Of a DNA stretch of 64,000 nt, positions 57,163 to 64,000 are shown one piece after another. The first letter of the stretch is position 1, and each line of letters begins with the position of its first letter. The stretch lies in assembly GCF_009914755.1 (NCBI RefSeq), contig NC_060933.1. The stretch is one strand, 5' to 3'. Made by a program: the position numbers and the translations under genes. This DNA comes from the human T2T-CHM13v2.0 reference genome, Homo sapiens. The notes under the pieces were generated by a model. It was not told where the DNA came from and ran no database searches. It was given only the letters and a program-made list of their open reading frames with translations.

Positions 57163-58774
57163 ATTGTATCAATAATGCTGATCTCACAATTTCTGAAAAG
57201 CTCTGAAGAGAGAAGATGATCCTTAGCAAAGCTGCTGATTCATAATGCCTCTCAGTCAACACTGAATAAAGGATCAACAAAGTCCAGGAGTATTAGTAGG
57301 AATAAAATTTAGGGACATTTAACCATTTCTAATAGGCCAGGTACAAGATTTCATTATATTCAAATCCCTCTTGTTATAATATATTCTTTGTTAGTGTCCC
57401 AGTCTCAAGTTGTGAACTTACCCAAAGGCCTCCTAATTACCCCTTTCTTTTAGCACAAAACACAGTTTTTGGCTCACAAAGCCCATTCGTCCCCTTTAGG
57501 CTCAGCTGCATCTCCGTGGCATCCAAACCCCATTTAAAATCATTTTGATCACTTCTTTAAAACTAAAATATAAGTTTTCCTGTTAAAACAGTACTCAGGA
57601 AATAGATGGAATGATATTGACTTTGCTGATAACAGGAATCTCACGTTATACCAATTGCCAATCCTAAGGTAAGCGAGAATCCTTCAGTTTGTCCTTGTCT
57701 AATGCAACTCAGTGATCAGGCAACTCGCCTCTCACCCTCCCCTCTGCTTCTCCCTTCCCTACATTCCAGCTTTCTCTCTTCGTGACATTATTTAATCTCT
57801 CAGTTGCAGCTTCTTGGGATTAGCTACAGAATCTATTAATAGTTTTACTTCTGTTTACGGTTCCAAGGGGAGAGAAATAGCTAATTCCTTTTCTCCAATC
57901 TTGAAGATATGTCTTATTGCAAAGGGAGGAAGATGCACAGTCCCCGTGAACAACCTATTTCCACAATCATTCCACTGTAAAGATGCTAATGTGCTTCTTT
58001 GCCGAATGGATCCATTTAATAGGCAGAACAAGTTGGATATAAACTCTTTAATTGCTTTCAGCACACCGATTATCTTCCTGTGTCACCTATTGTATAATGC
58101 AAAAATGTTAACAAAAGCACTTACTGAAGACATTATTGGGAATTATAAAACAAAGAACCATCAGTTGTCACTAAATATGCTTTCATGTTCCCAAATGAAA
58201 TGCATTTGTGCACTCAAGAAATAGGATAGAAATGTGCAGGCCTGCCATTGTCAGATGCAAACATCTTCATTAGATTTTGATCCAGCTGCTGCAAGATCTA
58301 TAAAAAGAGCTATCAAAGCTGGCAACTCATTATTGGTTATTTCAGGAACACTTCAAAAAACTGTCCCTAAACCTGCACTGATCTTTTCTGACAAGTTCCC
58401 TGGCCAAGCTGTTTCTTTGGGAACAGGGGCATCGAAAACCTCCACCAAGTCATCCTCTTGGAATATTTCAAAGGATGCAGTCTTTCTGTGTCTGTTAGGG
58501 AGAAACCACAATTGTAGAGTCAACTTGCATTCCTGGACATTTGAGCTGTAAATCTCTGTCTGTCATCCCCCAAATCTTCTGTTCTGACCCAACAGCTTTC
58601 CTTAAAGATATATAAGTGAAAAGCAGCCAAGCCCAGGTCTTTATAGACAAAAAGGGAAAGATTAATATATGCAATGTCTTGTAATATCCTTTCTCTGTTG
58701 CAATAAATCTTCTTATGCATATTGGCAGTTAGCTTATTTCTAGCATATTATGTTCTGCAGGCACTAGCTTTTTT

Positions 58775-58870
58775 AAAAGAGAAAAAAACAGCAGAAAGGA
58801 AATAAGCAAGGAAGGAGAAGAAGAAAGAAAATAAAAGGAAAGGAGGAATAGAAAAGGGAAAGTGGAAAAT
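58775..58870. repeat. GA-rich polypurine tract
   Basis: About 95 nt almost entirely A/G. Confidence 0.85.
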
Positions 58871-60289
58871 AGTTTGAATCTGGAGATAATGTAGAGAGGA
58901 GGTTATGAGGAAACAAACTGTAAATGTCAAAATTACCTACAACTGCTCTTTGAATTCTACTGAAACCGAAGGGGGTCCAACAAAGACCTGAATAGCATTC
59001 ATGTTAATCACAGCCCCTAGCATCTTGATGGGGGCCTCTCCAGTCAGGCCCAGGTCTCCAGAGGCCTCTGATGGATACCAGACAAACAGCTCGCAGAAAA
59101 CAACTGTCAGAGATGTCATGGCCATCTATGAAGAACTCTTTCCCTCATAGTCTATATATGTCTCTATTTATGACAAAGAGAAACACAAATTATTATCCTC
59201 TGATTCAAACTCAGTAAACAAAGAAGAAAGAATACACAAACCACTAACAAATCCTGCTTTAAAGATTTTTAGCATGGCCTTTAATTTACCCACTATATTA
59301 TCTGCATTATAGTCAAAAGAAAATTGAAATGCTCAAATTATTGATGTAATATTATATTCACTATTTAAATTAGATATAAGAGCTCATTTGGGGATCATTT
59401 GATTATATTTATATTGTCATTAAAACTATTACCCAAATCTTAATGATCTTAGGACCCACAAATATTTTTCCTTACACGTACCATCCCGATGCCCTTCAAA
59501 ACATCACCTTTCCTGCAATGCCACAACTTTCATCTTCCTTTCTGTCATCTGCCTTGGCCAATGGAGTCAGGTGGATAAAAACAGTAGAAATTGAGGTCCA
59601 CACCCATTCAAACCAGGGTAGGATTTTGAGTTGGGGACCAGAGCCAGAGTTAAATTTTTATGATGTAAATATGATCATGAGGCTCCTCTGGGTAACACCA
59701 TTCAGTAGCTTCCTATTGCCCATCAGATAAGATCACATTCCTGCTGTGCAGCTACAGGCAGTTATTAAACCTCTCCACAGCTCAATTTCCTCATCTACAA
59801 AATGGTGATAATAATCATGAGGAAAATGAATGTAAAGCACTGAGCACAAAGCCAATAAATGCTTAATACTATTATTATTGATGTTATCTTACCAGATAAA
59901 TTCGTTTTCAGTTCCCCCTTTGTTCTATCATGCAGCCATACTCAACAATGAGTTCCTCAACCCCTCCATGATCCTCCTTGCTGCTATAACTTTATATATG
60001 ATTTTCTTTCAGTTTGCAATACTCTCTTCCTCCTCCTGGCCCTTGGCCAGCCTCACTCCTATTAATTGATGAACTTTCAGCTTAAATGCATAATGTGGAG
60101 AAAGCTTTCTCTGACTCCATATCTGGGTTTGCTTCCTCCAATACATTCCTCATTGCATGCATCCTCTACTATATATGCATCATCCATTATTATAATATCT
60201 TACATGATTGAAATATCCATGAAGGACCTAAGATTAGATTTTCCTTGCTTACCACTGTATTTTCTCAGGAGCAAGCACAATATAATCGA

Positions 60290-60650
60290 AGTGAACTGGG
60301 TTATAATGCAATTTAAAAAATCTTAGCAGATTACAATGACATAGGATTGGTCCTTGCTCATAATACATACATGTTCATTACAGTGTTTTCATGCTGAATC
60401 CCAGTCTGATGCCTCCCTTCCTACATTCTGGAACATTGCTGATCTCATGGTACAGGGAAAAGGAACACAGTAATGGTTCACTGCCTCTCTTAAGGTTTCC
60501 ATTCAGAAGGGGCACACCTAATTACTCCTCATACTTTATTGGCTAAAGCAAGTCATGTGGCAAAGATTTATGTCAATCAGGTGGAAAATTCTTATGTAAA
60601 AAGGGTACCACAGAGATGGAAACTAAAATACTTAGTGACCAGTAGTATCT
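60290..60650 (-). mobile_element. MLT1I-like MaLR LTR nested in L2 (L2 at about 59900-60290 and 60655-60685)
   Basis: 'tggaacattgctgatctcatgg', 'attggctaaagcaagtcatgtggc'. Confidence 0.65.
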
Positions 60651-61391
60651 ATTAAAAATGTTCTCAATAAATGTTAGTTTAAGAAAATCTTACTTTGCTG
60701 CAAGTTGACAGGTATAAACCCCACACCAGTTGAAATCTTCCCATAGACTTCACTGTTACTCAAAAACATTTTTACTTCTGGGAAATTTTGACTTTATAGT
60801 CACTCTCCCTCTGGTCACAGAACCATGTTTTCTGCCAGACACCAGTTGCATATCTATGTGGTAACAGTTTACAAATCATACCAGTACATCACTTTTGAGT
60901 AATGAACAAAAATTAGGTTCAACAACAACAAAAAATTATTATTTCACTGCTACTCAAAGCAAGGCATTAATATGGACAAGTGGGATTATATCCAGTCTCA
61001 TAGAAATATATGCCAATAAGGCAACCTTCAACATCAGTTCACCTGACCTCAGATGAAACCCAAAAAGGTGAGTGACTTACCAAGTTCAAACAGTCAAATA
61101 GTAGCAGAACCAGGCCTGAAATATGCATCACCAATTTTAAAGCAAGTGCTCCTTCTATTACAGCATATTGCCTTCCCATAAAGATTGCCACCAAATGTGA
61201 GTAGAGAGAGAGATCACCATTTAACACACGAGGAAACCAAGGCCCAGGGAGGTGAAGTGACTGTCTCAAAGCTATCCACATTAATAGTCTTGTTTTTCTT
61301 AACCACATGAATCCCTAAGGAAAGCTATGTTGTTTCAGCACCTAGGACAGTACTTACTATTTACAAAGGACTCAAAGAACTATCTGTTGAG

Positions 61392-61440
61392 TTGAACTGA
61401 ACTGAACTGGATTGAACTGAATTGAATCTAACTGAATTCA
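61392..61440. repeat. Degenerate (TGAAC/TGAAT)n pentamer repeat grown from an L2 3' tail
   Basis: ttgaactgaactgaactggattgaactgaattgaa, following the L2-like end 'cagcacctaggacagtac'. Confidence 0.75.
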
Positions 61441-62204
61441 AATGATACACAAGGTAGAGGTATATTTTCCCTCACTCTATAGCCCCTGTTTCTATTTCCC
61501 CTGGATTTTTGGACTTGCCATACCAGCATGTTATGCACCAACAAGTAGGACTTAGCTAGTTTCTTTTCTATAATATCCTTATTTTCCGCTTCTTCCATAT
61601 TTATAATTGCCTTCCTCCTTTGAGCAAAGACAAATTAATACGTAGAAATCTTGTCATTTCATGACATTTGCAGAACAACATAGGGTTTGGAAAGCAAAAT
61701 CACAAATGATACAAGCCCCCAAAAGATCATTAGACAGAGAACTTTATTCCCTCTGAGCTAAGCAGGTCAGCTGAAAAGTGACATAACCCAGATGATCCTA
61801 AGACACAAGGGAAAATGTCATTAAGTTGTTGTTTTCTGACAACTCAGTGGTATGTAAAAGGAATAAGAATTAAATTTGATGACAGAATGCAGATTCTGGC
61901 TGGACTCCAGGTTTGAGGGGTATTAAATAAGAAAGAAACAATAGCACTGTCAAGTCTAATTGTTTAAAACATAAAACTCTTTCCATATGTCTTGAGATGA
62001 ATAGAGTTGCACAGTATTGGGATGTATTCTGAAATCGTGCAAACAAAGAACAGCATATACCATTTGGATTAAAATATTTTCTACATAAAATCTGACTCTG
62101 CTTTCTTTTCCTTTCTCTCCTGCCTCACGAAGACACTTAGACATTTGAAATTAGCCATAGGAAAAGCGCATAAAATCTTCTTTACTATATTATGGATTTG
62201 ACTC

Positions 62205-62370
62205 TACTATGGAAAAAGCATGGGCTTTGTGATAAGACAGAATTTGGTTCCAACTCTAACCATACCTCTTCTTGTTGTTTGATCTAAGCCTTAGTTTTAC
62301 CACCGGTAGATAGAGATGATATTCTTATGACAATAAGGTGTGATGAAGATTAAATGAGATAATGACGTTA
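62205..62370 (+). mobile_element. MIR fragment
   Basis: 'aaaaagcatgggctttg...tgaagattaaatgagataat'. Confidence 0.6.
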
Positions 62371-64000
62371 CAATGTATCTTCTTTCTTTTTTCCTCTAAA
62401 TACATAGAAATACAATCATCCCCATAGCAGCTCCACATAATTCTGTGACAAATGAGAGAGGATTTTTTGTTCATTGTCAATAAAGGCCTCCATTTCATCT
62501 CTTCAATAAATTGACATAAGTTTACTGAGCACTATTTACAGGAAAAACTTTGTGGTAAGTGCTTAAAGGTTAGAAAGTCTTATTACACAAAGTGTATGAA
62601 ATTAGGGCATTTATTGAAATGCCTTTTCATTGGTTATCATAGCAAATAATCAAGATTACTTAGCCTTTTAAGTCTTTATTTTTCTTTACAGGATGAATGT
62701 GTTCAGTATGGAAAAATAATAAAAACAAATAAGCCGCTTAAACTCAAACTCAAACTGAAAGTAGTGGTTCTTATTTCATAGTAGATTGATTACCAATTAC
62801 TTGCTTCCAACCAGTTTTGTCTTACAGCTGTATACCTATATCTGTCTGTACACTTGCCTCTATGTACTTGCACACACAGTGTTGTATGGCAAAAAGAGAA
62901 CTGTGCTTGGGGTTCAAGCCTTGCCTTCCCATATTGTAATGCAAATTAGAATTGCCATTGTGTTCCTTCCTGGAATCTCAAAGACCTCATTGTTAAATGG
63001 GATTTTCTGGACAGAGGATCTCTAGATCTCTAAAGTCATTACTGTATGCGTAAGTTAAACTGTGGTATAAAACACTTGTAACTGTTCACTAATGTGTGCA
63101 TGTATATGTATATTTACATACAGATTTATGTAAAAGATTGTAAAGAATATGTTCAGTTCCCAGAACACAACTCTACAGCAATTTCATGGGGATAGATAAC
63201 ATACGAATGCAGTTTCACATTATTATACTAAAGTGTCATGAGTAAAAGATTCCCAAAGAACTTTCAAACTAATGTCTAATCTAGTGTCTCCTAAAACAGT
63301 GCAGAGATAGATTCCAGGATAATACCAGTGGTTTTCTCCTTTAGCTATCCCCCGCACAAATTCCACATAACACAGGGATGATCATAGGCCAGTTGGATGC
63401 ACGGTGTTAGAGAGGTTTAATTGACCTCATAATGTCTTACCTATGACCCTAATTAAAACCACTCAACTGCATCTCAAAAATAATCAAAACAAAAAAATAA
63501 TATTTTATCAAGAGGACCTGCCAATATTACAATATGTTTGTCAGCTCCCAATGTCTTCCCCCACCCCATCACTAAAATAGCCTAAAAATTATTAGCACTG
63601 AAGGTTCCATTGTCAGTGGTCTAATTTTCTTTTTGACTTTCTACCACTGCAAAATTTTTAAATAGAGCCCAATATATTTCTAACCATTCCAAATTTCTGA
63701 TGTGTCAGGATATTTTAATTTCTTATATATTATTTATAAGGACCAGTATGTATGCATCAAAAATCTTCTTTTACATACTTTTCACAACATAAATGAAAAA
63801 CATACGTTTTTCCTGTTTTATAACCATTGAAATTCAAGGCAGAAATTAGCCTTGACATAAGGAAAAATACAGAATAAAGAGAAAGGTATTTTTCACCATA
63901 AAAATTTTAACTTGGAGAAGAAAAAGGGCAATTACAAGTCAGTTCATCCTTTGGGAATATGTAATGCACAAAGATTTCTGGTTAAAACACAGATGAAAGG

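Overview
This is AT-rich, CpG-poor primate genomic DNA, probably ape or human, judged from an AluY-type and an L1PA3/4-type element. It is intergenic or deep intronic. I find no CpG island, no recognisable host protein-coding exon, no RNA gene and no prokaryote-type system. A large share of the window is interspersed repeat: a near-full-length L1PB1 with a nested Alu cluster in its 5'UTR and a deleted endonuclease region, a 5'-truncated dead L1PA3/4, a tail-to-tail pair of L1MA fragments, MaLR/ERV solo LTRs, small DNA transposons, and many old L2/MIR/L3 fragments. All long ORFs in the track are broken L1 ORF1/ORF2 pieces or Alu/microsatellite artefacts. Repeat subfamily names come from remembered consensus motifs, not from a search, and boundaries of old repeats are approximate. 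The most notable items are: (1) a 74-nt nested palindrome at 39666-39739 with two alternative hairpins, plus two smaller template-switch-like palindromes; (2) a three-armed Alu made by an in-situ 170-bp duplication; (3) microhomology-bounded deletions in an AluY and in L1PB1; (4) an L1PA with no target-site duplication; (5) a minus-strand candidate exon whose splice sites coincide with an ATG..TAG ORF; (6) several apparently repeat-free, motif-dense blocks that look like conserved enhancers. I cannot support a claim of a new biological system from sequence alone.
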